A DNA stretch of 64,000 bases. Origin: Bdellovibrionales bacterium. GTDB lineage: Bacteria > Bdellovibrionota > Bdellovibrionia > Bdellovibrionales > UBA1609. The translations under genes and the position numbers were made by a program. The notes under the pieces were generated by a model that saw only the letters and a list, made by a program, of their open reading frames with translations, was not told the origin of the DNA and made no database searches. The stretch spans positions 1,152,001-1,216,000 of the forward strand of contig OZ241329.1 of assembly GCA_965199825.1 (NCBI GenBank), read 5' to 3'. Numbering within the stretch: the stretch's first letter is position 1; every line of letters begins with the position of its first letter. Positions 51,217 through 61,787 of the stretch are shown here, piece after piece.

Positions 51217-51225
51217 TGATATACT
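51217..51225 (+). promoter_or_regulatory. Extended -10 promoter of HNH copy 2
   Basis: TGATATACT then AAACAGGAGA RBS, mirrored upstream of copy 1. Confidence 0.5.
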
Positions 51226-51248
51226 TCTTCTTTAAACAGGAGAAGTTT

Positions 51249-52067
51249 ATGGATCATTCTAAAATTCATTTCCAAGCAGTAACGGCTGCGGCCAACCACC
51301 GCAAAACAGAAATGGATTTACTTAACGCTTTAGAAATCGTATGGCGAAATAAAACGTATTATGAGTTTGGGTGCCAATCTTTGTTTGAATATTCAACCCA
51401 ACAACTTAAATTATCTGATGAGCTCGCGAGCATCTTTAATAAACTAGCAAAAAAATTTATTGAAGTGCCTGAACTTAAAACTCACATTGCATCAGGTGAA
51501 ATTTCAATTTCAAAGGGCAATCGAGTTTGCAGTGTGATCACCCCAGAAAATGCCGAAGAATGGCTGGCGAAAGCCAAAGGTACAAAACGAAATCTTGAAA
51601 AGGAAATCGCGAAAGCACAACCTGAAAAGGCAATCCCTGAGCGGGCACGATATCGTAAAGCAGGCGACACCGTTAGAATTCAAATTTCTTACTCTGTCAC
51701 CGAAGACGAATTTAAAGAGCTCGAAAGAGCAAAAGATTTAATGAGCCAAAAATTAGGTCGAACGGCCACAACCAACGATGTTTGTGTGCGAGCGGTAAAA
51801 ACACTCTTACAAAAAATAGATCCGCTCGAAAAGTCGTGCCTGGTTCAAACTGCGGGCACGATCAACTTAACCGTAAAACTAAAACGGAAAGTTCATCACA
51901 ATCACAATAGCCAGTGCACTTACCGAGATGAAAGTGGCAAGCGCTGCACTCAGCGGCGTCACCTTGATATCCATCACATCACCCCGACATCACTAGGTGG
52001 TACCAACGACGAAAACAATCTCACAATTTTTTGTTCGGGACATCATCGTGCCCACCACCGCCATTAG
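51249..52067 (+). CDS. HNH endonuclease-domain protein, copy 2 (paralog of 18042-18848)
   Basis: RCTQRRHLDIHHITPTSLGGTNDENNLTIFCSGHHRAHHRH; colinear with copy 1; AGGAG RBS before ATG 51249. Confidence 0.85.
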   Translation: MDHSKIHFQAVTAAANHRKTEMDLLNALEIVWRNKTYYEFGCQSLFEYSTQQLKLSDELASIFNKLAKKFIEVPELKTHIASGEISISKGNRVCSVITPENAEEWLAKAKGTKRNLEKEIAKAQPEKAIPERARYRKAGDTVRIQISYSVTEDEFKELERAKDLMSQKLGRTATTNDVCVRAVKTLLQKIDPLEKSCLVQTAGTINLTVKLKRKVHHNHNSQCTYRDESGKRCTQRRHLDIHHITPTSLGGTNDENNLTIFCSGHHRAHHRH

Positions 52068-53086
52068 CGAAACGTCAAAAAAACTTTACTGTAATCTTGG
52101 GCCAAATCTACCGCGGCCATAAACTCGAGCGAGTCCACCCAAGGAATTAGCACTCGATAGGCCACGCCGGCGGTCCCATGAACCGCACCTTTAAAACCTT
52201 CGGTGCGCGAATTGGCGTAGTAGCATCCGAGCAGAAGAGTGCCTTTGGAATCTTTAAACCAAGGCGTTTTAAATCCCAAACGAGGGTCAACCACAAGATC
52301 GCGACCTTTTGGAATGTGAACGATGGTATCATAACTGGGTGCCATTCCACCTGATGTCTGCCCAATTAAATTTAAATCGAAAGTGAAAGAAGTTTGATCT
52401 TCAAAAGGGCGATAACCTGCACCTAAAGCAAAAATCCACGGCAAATGAACACCAATCTGATCCATGTACGATGGTGATTGTAGGGTCCGATCCACATGGG
52501 AGTCCAGAGGCGTTCGAAACCAAGAGCCAAAACTTAAAACTGAATTATGAAGGTATAATCCACCAAAGGTAAAACCGATCGAGGGATCCTGTTGCGCATG
52601 AATCTGACCACTGTCGGCGGAGGACATCAGAGTTTCTGTATGTAAAAAGCCGGTCAATGCTACGCCAATATGAATTTTTTTAGATAAAGCATAGGATAAA
52701 GGAATACTTAAAAAATAATTATGAGCTGTGGTTTGTAAATTGGAAGTTTGTGAAACAGAAATGTTGTCTTCGGTATATGAAATACCATAGCCAAATTTTC
52801 CATTCGAAAAGGCAAGTGCTCCTAAGCCGGTGTCTTGAGACACCCTGTTGTTTCCGGTAATTCCATTTTCCAAACTATTTGATGTTGAAAAATCAAAATC
52901 AAAATCCCAAAATTCATCTTGTGATGTCAGAGCTGCAGGGTTTTGAAAAAACCCGTGATCAAAATCTGGGTCGCCCGCACAAGCACCGCCAATGGCCGCA
53001 CAGAAAGCACCTTTAGGGTATTCGGAGGTAAATAGATCGTATTCAATAGCAAAGACTTTAAAAATTAAAAGATAAAATAAAATCAT
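52064..53086 (-). CDS. Probable outer-membrane beta-barrel protein (FadL/PorV-like)
   Basis: Signal peptide, NPAAL motif, amphipathic strands, C-terminal LTFR. Confidence 0.55.
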   Translation of the reverse strand: MILFYLLIFKVFAIEYDLFTSEYPKGAFCAAIGGACAGDPDFDHGFFQNPAALTSQDEFWDFDFDFSTSNSLENGITGNNRVSQDTGLGALAFSNGKFGYGISYTEDNISVSQTSNLQTTAHNYFLSIPLSYALSKKIHIGVALTGFLHTETLMSSADSGQIHAQQDPSIGFTFGGLYLHNSVLSFGSWFRTPLDSHVDRTLQSPSYMDQIGVHLPWIFALGAGYRPFEDQTSFTFDLNLIGQTSGGMAPSYDTIVHIPKGRDLVVDPRLGFKTPWFKDSKGTLLLGCYYANSRTEGFKGAVHGTAGVAYRVLIPWVDSLEFMAAVDLAQDYSKVFLTFR

Positions 53087-53089
53087 AAC

Positions 53090-54910
53090 TTAAATTCCAC
53101 ACACCTTTGTAAATTCAGCGTGATCTAATTTTGCAGAATATGTATTTAAGTCTTTACTCACTTCAAGGTCACTTAATGTTTGAAAGCGCTGGTAGGGAAG
53201 TTCAAGTTGCTCAATTTTAATGACATAGGATTTGTAAAACAGCGGCAATACATCAACCAAGTCGAGTTCCAATCCTGAGGGCTTGAGCGATTCAAATTCA
53301 AAGCCCGAGTAATAACGATTTTCTGCATCATCATAGACAGCGACGAAATGCCCGCGTGCAGAGATCTCAGGAACTGTTCCTAAGATTGTTTTTTTAGAGC
53401 GCAGGCGGAAATGATGATTGTCGAGTTCCAAAAATTCAAAGCCCTTGGCTAAGCGGAGTCGCTCAAGAAAGACCTCATTCAAAGATTTTTCTTGAGCTCG
53501 ATCAATCGTTCGATTCAGGCGAATCGATTTAACACAATTGTCATAGCGCGAGTTGTTTGAGTAAAACACTGGGGCAGAACTTAATTCTGGACCTTGAAGA
53601 CCTTCTTTTAAAATATAAAGCCGGTCTGCGAGTGGACGTCCTTGCCGAAAAGAGTTGTGACACTCCTCTGTATTGCAATTAAAGAAATTTTTTGAGGAAC
53701 CGTTGAGCCAGGGCTGAATCTCCCAGGTCATATGAGAGGGATAAAGAACTTGAGATCCTGCAGGAATATTTCGTGAGGCGAAATAAAATTTTCTTCCCCA
53801 TTCGGGTTGAAGCAAGGCCCCTCGTTCAGAGATTGCGACAGGCGCAAGGATTCCAAAATAACAATAGATAAGTGCAGCCGCTGCAACCAAAGGTCGAAGC
53901 ATTTTTTGATTTATAAATTGGGTCGAATAGACCAATAAAATCAAAACCTGGGGGAGAAATATAAAAAAATATCTTTCGTAAGTTCGTGCATTGTCCGTAA
54001 TTAAGAGCCCAAAACTTTGTATTAAAAATGGCAAACCAACAAGATAAAACGAAAATTTGTGACTGCGCCAATTGAAGGCCACTGCAACTGTGGCGACAAT
54101 CGTCATCAAGAGGGCGACTGCTCCAAAAACGACATTTGTGCCAAAGGCATTGTACCAAAAAGTCCAAAGTAGTTTTGTATGTGAGATTTGAGCATTGCCG
54201 GCATGGGCTACAAAGGGTTCGAAAATGGCTTGAATAACTTTTGTTCCACCAGGATTCAAAATGGTAAAAAGGATTCCGCAAATCCAGATTGCCCAAGTTT
54301 TTCTAAACAGTGCTTCAATGAATTCTTTAAGAGAGCGATGGTTGCCAACAAATAAAGCACCGACCGACACCCACCAAAATAATGCCGAAAATTTAATAAA
54401 AATCCCACATGTCAGGTAAAAATAAAGTCTTGTAGCTCTGAGTGGTTGAGTTTGGCTCCGTGCAACCTCATAAAATGTGCATAAACAAAAAAACAATAAA
54501 GAAGGCTCGCAATAAGATGAAAATCCATAATAAATCATCAAGGGTTGAGTAAAAAGCCCTAGTGACAAGACAACAGCAAGACCACGATGTAAGCGAGGCT
54601 GTATCAGCTTTAGTATTTTGATAAAGATTAAAAAAGAACCGATATAAAATAATACATTTAAAACTCGGAAGCCAATATGAGTTTTGCCAAAGAGAACGAT
54701 GTCTACGGCCTGAACGATCATCACTAAAAAAGGTTTATCAAAAAAATAACTAGTGAGAAAAATATCACCAGTCAAAAAGCGAAGTGCCGCACCGATGTAG
54801 TATCCTTCGTCCATAAAAAATACGGGCGAAGTTAAGGCCTGAAAGCCCTTAACAAAAAGCACTAAAATTCCTATTAATGTAAATATCCAAAAACTAAAAG
54901 AACGAAGCAT
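53090..54910 (-). CDS. ArnT/GT39-like membrane glycosyltransferase
   Basis: DEGYY, DKP, IKFS, ERYF; many TM segments. Confidence 0.7.
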   Translation of the reverse strand: MLRSFSFWIFTLIGILVLFVKGFQALTSPVFFMDEGYYIGAALRFLTGDIFLTSYFFDKPFLVMIVQAVDIVLFGKTHIGFRVLNVLFYIGSFLIFIKILKLIQPRLHRGLAVVLSLGLFTQPLMIYYGFSSYCEPSLLFFCLCTFYEVARSQTQPLRATRLYFYLTCGIFIKFSALFWWVSVGALFVGNHRSLKEFIEALFRKTWAIWICGILFTILNPGGTKVIQAIFEPFVAHAGNAQISHTKLLWTFWYNAFGTNVVFGAVALLMTIVATVAVAFNWRSHKFSFYLVGLPFLIQSFGLLITDNARTYERYFFIFLPQVLILLVYSTQFINQKMLRPLVAAAALIYCYFGILAPVAISERGALLQPEWGRKFYFASRNIPAGSQVLYPSHMTWEIQPWLNGSSKNFFNCNTEECHNSFRQGRPLADRLYILKEGLQGPELSSAPVFYSNNSRYDNCVKSIRLNRTIDRAQEKSLNEVFLERLRLAKGFEFLELDNHHFRLRSKKTILGTVPEISARGHFVAVYDDAENRYYSGFEFESLKPSGLELDLVDVLPLFYKSYVIKIEQLELPYQRFQTLSDLEVSKDLNTYSAKLDHAEFTKVCGI

Positions 54911-54911
54911 T

Positions 54912-55637
54912 TTAATTCTTCCGAGAAACCTGCCCCGGAGCAGCTTGGTCGGTTGGATAAATCATTAATTCCTGAACACAAACACGTTGAGGTCTTTCGA
55001 GAACCCAAAGAATTGTGTCGGCAATATCAGAGGCTTTAAGAGGAGTCATACCTTCGTACACCTCACGGGCCTTTTCCAAATCGCCCAAACGGACTTGAGA
55101 AAATTCGGTCTCAACCATACCAGGCTCAATATTTGTAACTCGCACGGGTGAGCCCAAAAGATCTAAACGAAGGCCCTCGGTAAAGGCGCGAACCGCAAAT
55201 TTTGTGGCGCAATAAACCGCACCACCTGGATAAACATAGCGGCCCGCGACCGATCCAATATTGATGATATGAGCACTCGGTAATTTTAAAAGCTGCGGTA
55301 AAAACTGGCGGGTGATTTCGAAAAGGGCTTTGATATTGGTATCAATCATCTGATCCCAATCGGAGGCCTTGGCTTCGAAAACTTTTTGGGTGCCGAGGGC
55401 CAGGCCCGCATTATTGATTAAGATGTTTACATCACCACATTGGTTAACCAGCTCTTTTAAATCACTGCGGATGTCGCAAGCATAGAAGCGTGCGCCCAAT
55501 TCACCAGCCAGTTTTTCTAAACGATCGCGACGCCGGCCAACTAAAACAACAGCATAACCTCGAGCTGCCAAAACACGGGCGGTGGCTTCGCCTATTCCGC
55601 TGCTTGCTCCGGTAATGAGGGCTGTACCATTGTTCAC
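54912..55637 (-). CDS. Short-chain dehydrogenase (YdfG-like)
   Basis: TGASSGIG, NNAG, YCATK, IEPGMVET. Confidence 0.9.
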   Translation of the reverse strand: MNNGTALITGASSGIGEATARVLAARGYAVVLVGRRRDRLEKLAGELGARFYACDIRSDLKELVNQCGDVNILINNAGLALGTQKVFEAKASDWDQMIDTNIKALFEITRQFLPQLLKLPSAHIINIGSVAGRYVYPGGAVYCATKFAVRAFTEGLRLDLLGSPVRVTNIEPGMVETEFSQVRLGDLEKAREVYEGMTPLKASDIADTILWVLERPQRVCVQELMIYPTDQAAPGQVSRKN

Positions 55638-57115
55638 CCCAGCATCCGTGCAAGCTCAACAAATGTTCTGATCATCACTCCAGTAGCCCCTTTTTTGGGA
55701 ACATAGGGCAAGCGGTTGGAGGTGTTCCAAGCGGTTCCTGCGATGTCAAAATGTGCCCATGGAATTGAAGGATCAACGAATTCACCTAAGAATGCAGCTG
55801 CAGTGCTTGAGCCTGCGCCTTTTCCGCTTGAGATATTGCAAAGGTCTGCGTGATTGCCCTTCATATCTTCAAGATGCTGTTCGTGGATAGGCATTGGCCA
55901 CACAAGTTCGCCCGTATGGGATGCTGCTGTTTGGATTTCGCCCATTAAATTTTGATCACGTGTAAATACGCCTGTGTGAATATTGCTTAGAGCCACAACC
56001 ATTGCGCCTGTTAAAGTCGCCGCATCAAATATAGCTTGGGGCTTAAGTTCGGTGGCGTAGGAAAGGGCGTCCATCAAAATCAATCGGCCTTCAGCATCGG
56101 TATTAAAAATCTCAACTGTTTTGCCATTGCGTGCGGTTACAATATCGCCGGGTTTATTTGCTCCAGGACCCACCATATTTTCGGAGCTCGGAATAAGTCC
56201 GATCACATTTACTTTTAATTTTAGTTTTGCAATCGCAAGTAAAGCACCAATAACGTTGGCACCGCCACACATGTCATAAATCATCTCTTCCATTTGTGCA
56301 GAGGGCTTAATGCTCACGCCGCCGCAATCGAAAGTAAGGCCTTTACCCACAAAGCACACTGGCTTTTGTTTTTGTGAGCCGCCTCGATATTCCATGATGA
56401 TAAATCTTGGATCTTTGTCGCTCCCAAGTGCCACACTATAAAGTCCACCCATGCGCTCACGCTTAATTCGGGCTTTATCCCAAACGGTGACTTTTAGTTT
56501 TTGAATTCCTTTGGCGGCGTTGACCGTCTCGCGCGCCAATATTTCTGGAGTCATCATATTTCCAGGCTGGTCACCCAGACGTCTTGCGAAGTGCACCGAC
56601 TCAATTAAGATCTTTGCCGTCTTCACTTGAGCTTCAAATTCCGCAGGACCATTAAAAAACAAACTTAAAGTTTTTGTGTCTTTTGGTTTTTTTGATTTGT
56701 AGTCATCAAAATTATAATCAGAAAGATAAATTCCCTCGGCAAATGCCTGAACCATCTCGCCAGATCTTAAATCTTTAATTTTGCTCAAGGCTTCAAGATC
56801 GACCAACACATTTTCAAAAAGTTTTGAACTTTTTAAGGCCTGAAAGGTATGAGCACCGAGGGCTCTTAACCCTTCGGAGGTTAAATCTTTGGCCGCACCT
56901 AGACCCATCACCAAAATATTTAGCCCTTCTGGATTTTGGCGAAACAGGATCGATTCCTTTTTATCTCCACCAAATGTTTTATCTAAAAAACTTTGGCGAA
57001 TCAGATTGGCGGCGGTTCGCTCAAGATGCGAAAGCTCGGGTCGATCTGTCGACTTTTCACAAAAGGTGACTATTGTTTTGGGTGCGGTCTTGCGGAAGTT
57101 GATTGTCAAACTCAT
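55634..57115 (-). CDS. pepA: Leucyl aminopeptidase (M17)
   Basis: GKGLTFD, NTDAEGRL, ATLTGA, HFDIAG; start re-estimated at ATG 57115. Confidence 0.93.
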   Translation of the reverse strand: MSLTINFRKTAPKTIVTFCEKSTDRPELSHLERTAANLIRQSFLDKTFGGDKKESILFRQNPEGLNILVMGLGAAKDLTSEGLRALGAHTFQALKSSKLFENVLVDLEALSKIKDLRSGEMVQAFAEGIYLSDYNFDDYKSKKPKDTKTLSLFFNGPAEFEAQVKTAKILIESVHFARRLGDQPGNMMTPEILARETVNAAKGIQKLKVTVWDKARIKRERMGGLYSVALGSDKDPRFIIMEYRGGSQKQKPVCFVGKGLTFDCGGVSIKPSAQMEEMIYDMCGGANVIGALLAIAKLKLKVNVIGLIPSSENMVGPGANKPGDIVTARNGKTVEIFNTDAEGRLILMDALSYATELKPQAIFDAATLTGAMVVALSNIHTGVFTRDQNLMGEIQTAASHTGELVWPMPIHEQHLEDMKGNHADLCNISSGKGAGSSTAAAFLGEFVDPSIPWAHFDIAGTAWNTSNRLPYVPKKGATGVMIRTFVELARMLG

Positions 57116-57340
57116 TGAGAAAATCCTTTGTTGAGACAAAAGTTGAGTTTTGGAGATCACTGCCCAAAGCGTCAAGTGTAAAAATGGACTTATAGTGAGG
57201 TCTTGCCAACGCGCCAAAAGGATTCATATTTCAAAACACTGCGAAAGCCGAGGATAATTGAAAAACGATTCGCTTGTTTAGCGAATGAAAAATACAATAA
57301 TAGAAGTTGCATCAAAGCAGTTTCAAAAATGAGGTGAATT

Positions 57341-57949
57341 TTGGCTCTTGTACCCATAGTGATTGAACAGACTCCTCGCGGAGAGCGAAGCTACGACATC
57401 TATTCTCGTCTTCTTAAAGACCGTATTATCATTTTGGGAACACCCGTGAGTGATGACATTGCGAATAGCATTATTGCCCAAATGTTCTTTTTAGAGATGG
57501 AAAATCCCGAAAAAGACATTCATCTTTACATTAACTCACCTGGTGGAAGCGTCAGTGCGGGGCTTGCAATCTATGATATTATGCAATTTGTGAAATGTGA
57601 CATCAGCACGTATTGTATAGGGATGGCTGCAAGTATGGGTTCACTCTTATTGTGTGCGGGCACTAAAGGAAAAAGATACGTATTGCCTCACGCGCGCCTT
57701 ATGATACATCAGCCGCACAATATGGGTGGCGGTATTTCAGGACAAGTGAGCGATATCGAAATTCAAGCTCGTGAAATGGTGAGTATCAAAAAGAAGCTCA
57801 CCGAAATTTATGTCAAGCATACCGGTAAAACGTTCGAAGAGTTAACAACAGCAATGGATCGAGATAACTATCTCAGTGCAGACGATGCCAAAGAGTATGG
57901 GCTTGTGGATCATGTGGTTAAAGATCGAAAAGTTGCAAAACAAGGGTAA
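57341..57949 (+). CDS. clpP: ClpP protease
   Basis: [29 protein letters not shown]. Confidence 0.97.
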   Translation: MALVPIVIEQTPRGERSYDIYSRLLKDRIIILGTPVSDDIANSIIAQMFFLEMENPEKDIHLYINSPGGSVSAGLAIYDIMQFVKCDISTYCIGMAASMGSLLLCAGTKGKRYVLPHARLMIHQPHNMGGGISGQVSDIEIQAREMVSIKKKLTEIYVKHTGKTFEELTTAMDRDNYLSADDAKEYGLVDHVVKDRKVAKQG

Positions 57950-57952
57950 ATA

Positions 57953-59257
57953 ATGAGCAAAGAAAAAACTTACGGAACGCTTTGCTGTAGCTTTTGCGGT
58001 AAAAGTCAAAAAGAAGTCAAAAAGCTGATTGCTGGTCCAGGTGTTTATATCTGTGATGAGTGTATTGAGCTTTGTAACGACATTATCGCCGAAGAACGTG
58101 AGCGCGAAGAGAGCACAAAAGTCAGCCTCAAGGTTCCAAAGCCCATCGATATCAAATCGTATCTCGATGACTATGTGATTGGCCAAGAGACTGCCAAAAA
58201 AGCTTTGTCTGTTGCGGTTCATAACCACTACAAGCGCATCAATAATATTTCTAAAAATAAAAAGCGCGACGAAGTTGAAATTTCTAAGAGTAACATTTTG
58301 CTGATTGGTCCAACCGGGTCTGGCAAAACTTTGCTTGCCCAAACTATCGCAAAAATTTTGAATGTGCCTTTTGCTATGGCCGATGCGACCGCCTTAACCG
58401 AAGCTGGTTACGTGGGCGAAGATGTCGAAAACGTGGTGTTGAGTTTACTTCAAGCTGCTGATTACGATGTCGAAAAAGCCCAAAAAGGTGTGATCTACAT
58501 CGATGAAATCGATAAGATTTCACGCAAATCTGAGAACCCTTCGATCACCCGCGATGTGAGTGGTGAGGGCGTGCAACAAGCCTTATTAAAAATTCTTGAA
58601 GGTACAGTTGCCAACCTTCCACCTAAGGGTGGTCGCAAACATCCACAACAAGAATTTATTCAGGTCGATACCTCGAATATTTTATTTATCGTTGGTGGAG
58701 CATTCGTTGGCCTTGATAAAATTATCGAAAATCGTATCTCAAATAAAGCGATGGGAATTGCCGCAGACATTCGTACAACCGAAGAGCGCAAAGCCGAACG
58801 CAATGTTTTATCAAAAATCGAACCTGATGATCTCATTCGTTTTGGTTTGATTCCAGAATTCATTGGACGTTTGCCCGTACTCGCGATCCTAGACCCTCTT
58901 GATGAAGCGGCGTTGATGGATATTTTGGTCAAACCAAAAAATGCTCTTACCAAGCAGTATCAAAAACTTTTTAGCTATGAAAACGTCGAGCTGATTTTTC
59001 AAGATGCAGCAGTGCGCGCAATAGCCAAAGAGGCAATCAAGCGCAACACTGGTGCACGCGGACTGCGCGGGGTCATAGAAACCGCAATGTTGGAGATCAT
59101 GTTCGAAATTCCTTCCAAGCCCAATGTCAAAGAATGTATAATTTCTGAAGAGGTCATCACTAAAGGTGAAAAACCTCAGCTGACTTTGGGTCGGGATCGC
59201 GGAGATGAAGAACCTTCCGGCAACGGTCAAGGTGGAAATTCTGCCGAGAGCGCCTAA
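57953..59257 (+). CDS. clpX: ClpX ATPase
   Basis: CSFCGK zinc finger, [18 protein letters not shown]. Confidence 0.97.
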   Translation: MSKEKTYGTLCCSFCGKSQKEVKKLIAGPGVYICDECIELCNDIIAEEREREESTKVSLKVPKPIDIKSYLDDYVIGQETAKKALSVAVHNHYKRINNISKNKKRDEVEISKSNILLIGPTGSGKTLLAQTIAKILNVPFAMADATALTEAGYVGEDVENVVLSLLQAADYDVEKAQKGVIYIDEIDKISRKSENPSITRDVSGEGVQQALLKILEGTVANLPPKGGRKHPQQEFIQVDTSNILFIVGGAFVGLDKIIENRISNKAMGIAADIRTTEERKAERNVLSKIEPDDLIRFGLIPEFIGRLPVLAILDPLDEAALMDILVKPKNALTKQYQKLFSYENVELIFQDAAVRAIAKEAIKRNTGARGLRGVIETAMLEIMFEIPSKPNVKECIISEEVITKGEKPQLTLGRDRGDEEPSGNGQGGNSAESA

Positions 59258-59301
59258 AGTCTAGAAGCAAACAGACTTTTTTTGTTCCTCAAAGGAGTTT
59301 T

Positions 59302-61776
59302 ATGAGCCAGAGCTCAAGCGGTACAGGTAGCGCGACACCAGCGCAACTGCCCCTTCTTCCGTTACGTGATCTTATTATATTCCCGCATATGATGATGCCT
59401 CTCTTCGTTGGTCGAGAAAAAAGCATCAACGCTCTTGAAGAGGCAATGAGTAAACAATCTGATATTGTTTTGGCTGCACAAAAAGATGCAAAAACAAACA
59501 ATCCAGAACCAAAAGATGTTTACTCAGTCGGAACTGTTGGAACTATCATCCAACTTTTGCGTCTACCTGACGGAACCGTAAAGGTTTTGGTCGAAGGCAA
59601 ACGCAGAGTTAAAATTCGCGAGTTTGTCCAAACCGACAATTTCTTTATTGTGGCGGTGGATGATCTTTTAGAAATCAACGCGAATGAAACCGAATCTCGC
59701 GCACTGATGCGTTCGGTAAAAACAACTTTTGAAACTTACGTCAAACTCAACAAACGAATTCCGCCAGAAATTTTAATGCGTGTGAGCACCATCGAAGAGA
59801 TTGGTGAGCTTGCCGACATTATTGTAGCTCAACTGAATTTGAAACTTGAAGACAAGCAACGCATCCTCGAAATTTCGGATCCAGGGCTACGTCTTGAAGA
59901 ACTTTTGAATTTGATGACCGGCGAAATTGAAATTCTTGAAGTAGAAAAAAAGATTCGCAATCGTGTCAAAAAACAAATGGAGCGCTCGCAAAAAGAATAT
60001 TATTTGAACGAGCAAATGCAGGCGATTCAAAAAGAACTTGGTGAAAAAGACGACTACCAAGCCGAGCTGCAAGAATTAGAAGAGCGAGCTTCAAAGAAAA
60101 AATGGAGCAAAGAAGCGGGCGATCGCATCCGCAAGGAAATCAAAAAGTTAAAAATGATGTCGCCGATGAGTGCCGAAGCAACCGTTGTAAGAAATTACAT
60201 CGACTGGATGCTCGATTTACCATGGCATGATTACTCTGAAGAAAAACATGACATCACCGAAGCCGAACGCATTTTGGACGAAGATCATTGGGGATTAGAA
60301 AAAGTTAAAGAACGGATCCTTGAGCATCTTGCGGTGCAATCGCTAACCGAAAAGTTGCGTGGGCCTATCTTGTGTCTTGCTGGTCCTCCTGGAGTTGGAA
60401 AAACCTCTTTAGCAAGGTCGATTGCAAAATCATTAAATCGTCCTTTTGCCCGTATCTCCTTGGGTGGTGTACGTGACGAAGCCGAAATTCGTGGGCATCG
60501 CAAAACTTACGTTGGAGCCATGCCTGGTAAAATTATTCAGTCGATGCGAAAAGTCGAAAAAGGAAATCCACTGATTCTTTTAGATGAAGTGGACAAGATG
60601 AGCATGGATTTCCGCGGCGATCCCTCAGCAGCATTATTGGAAGTTTTGGACCCCGAACAGAATGGAACATTTCAAGATCATTACTTAGAAGTGGATTACG
60701 ATTTATCGAATGTGATGTTTTTAACAACAGCCAATTCGCTTCATCCCATTCCACGTCCTTTGCTGGATCGAATGGAAATCATCCATCTTGAAGGTTATAT
60801 CGAGAGCGAAAAATTCAATATCGCCCAAAAATATTTGGTTCCTAAACAAATTGAGATGCACGGAATCAAGGATTACCGCATCACATTTACTGAGCCTGCA
60901 ACCCGCGAAATCATACGCTCGTACACGCGTGAAGCCGGGGTCAGAAATCTTGAGCGACAGATTGCAACCGTTTGCCGAAAAGTTGCCCGCGAAATCGTTC
61001 GCGAAGAACTTAAAGGCGGCATGAAGAAAAAAGCGGCCAACAAAGAGGCTCTCAAAAAACGCGGCTACGTCGTCACACCAAAACGGGTGCTCGAATTTTT
61101 AGGTCCTAACCGACACAAATTTGGCAAGATCGAAGGACAAAACGAAATCGGTATGGTCAACGGCATGGCGTGGACCGAAGTCGGTGGAGACCTGCTCGTT
61201 GTTGAGGTCAGTGTTGTGCCAGGTCGAGGAAAGTTCACGGTTACTGGTCAGTTAGGTGATGTGATGAAGGAGTCGTGTTCGGCAGCGATGTCGTACGTTC
61301 GGTCACGCGGACCCCTGTTTGGATTCGATAAAGAATTTTATAACAGCATTGATGTCCACATTCACGTTCCCGAAGGATCCATTCCAAAAGATGGTCCATC
61401 GGCAGGGATTGCAATCACGACCTCGATTGTTTCAGCGATCACAAAAATTCCTGTGAAGCGAACTGTAGCGATGACCGGTGAAGTGACCTTGCGTGGTCGA
61501 GTTCTTCCTATCGGCGGCTTAAAGGAAAAAGTTTTGGCCGCCCATCGTGGCGGAATCCGTACGATCATTTGTCCAAAAGAAAACGAAAAAGATCTCAAAG
61601 ATATTCCAAAAGAAGTGATGAAGGATTTGAAAGTGATGCTTGTTGATCACGTCGATCAAGTCTTGGTGAATGCTCTCGATATTAAGAACGCGAAAGAACT
61701 CTTTAAGCTCAACAAAGAGCGAGCCATGGGTCTTCGTGCGCAGTATACGGGTCATTCCATGCAACAGCCCCACTAA
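59302..61776 (+). CDS. lon: Lon protease
   Basis: [22 protein letters not shown]. Confidence 0.97.
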   Translation: MSQSSSGTGSATPAQLPLLPLRDLIIFPHMMMPLFVGREKSINALEEAMSKQSDIVLAAQKDAKTNNPEPKDVYSVGTVGTIIQLLRLPDGTVKVLVEGKRRVKIREFVQTDNFFIVAVDDLLEINANETESRALMRSVKTTFETYVKLNKRIPPEILMRVSTIEEIGELADIIVAQLNLKLEDKQRILEISDPGLRLEELLNLMTGEIEILEVEKKIRNRVKKQMERSQKEYYLNEQMQAIQKELGEKDDYQAELQELEERASKKKWSKEAGDRIRKEIKKLKMMSPMSAEATVVRNYIDWMLDLPWHDYSEEKHDITEAERILDEDHWGLEKVKERILEHLAVQSLTEKLRGPILCLAGPPGVGKTSLARSIAKSLNRPFARISLGGVRDEAEIRGHRKTYVGAMPGKIIQSMRKVEKGNPLILLDEVDKMSMDFRGDPSAALLEVLDPEQNGTFQDHYLEVDYDLSNVMFLTTANSLHPIPRPLLDRMEIIHLEGYIESEKFNIAQKYLVPKQIEMHGIKDYRITFTEPATREIIRSYTREAGVRNLERQIATVCRKVAREIVREELKGGMKKKAANKEALKKRGYVVTPKRVLEFLGPNRHKFGKIEGQNEIGMVNGMAWTEVGGDLLVVEVSVVPGRGKFTVTGQLGDVMKESCSAAMSYVRSRGPLFGFDKEFYNSIDVHIHVPEGSIPKDGPSAGIAITTSIVSAITKIPVKRTVAMTGEVTLRGRVLPIGGLKEKVLAAHRGGIRTIICPKENEKDLKDIPKEVMKDLKVMLVDHVDQVLVNALDIKNAKELFKLNKERAMGLRAQYTGHSMQQPH

Positions 61777-61787
61777 CCGGGGGGCTG

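Noticed and set aside
57653..57665. Partial motif GCGGGCAC in clpP (also GGGCACG near 8541 and GGCACGAC near 30664)
   Set aside because: These are isolated 7-8 nt partial matches inside conserved codons, consistent with chance.
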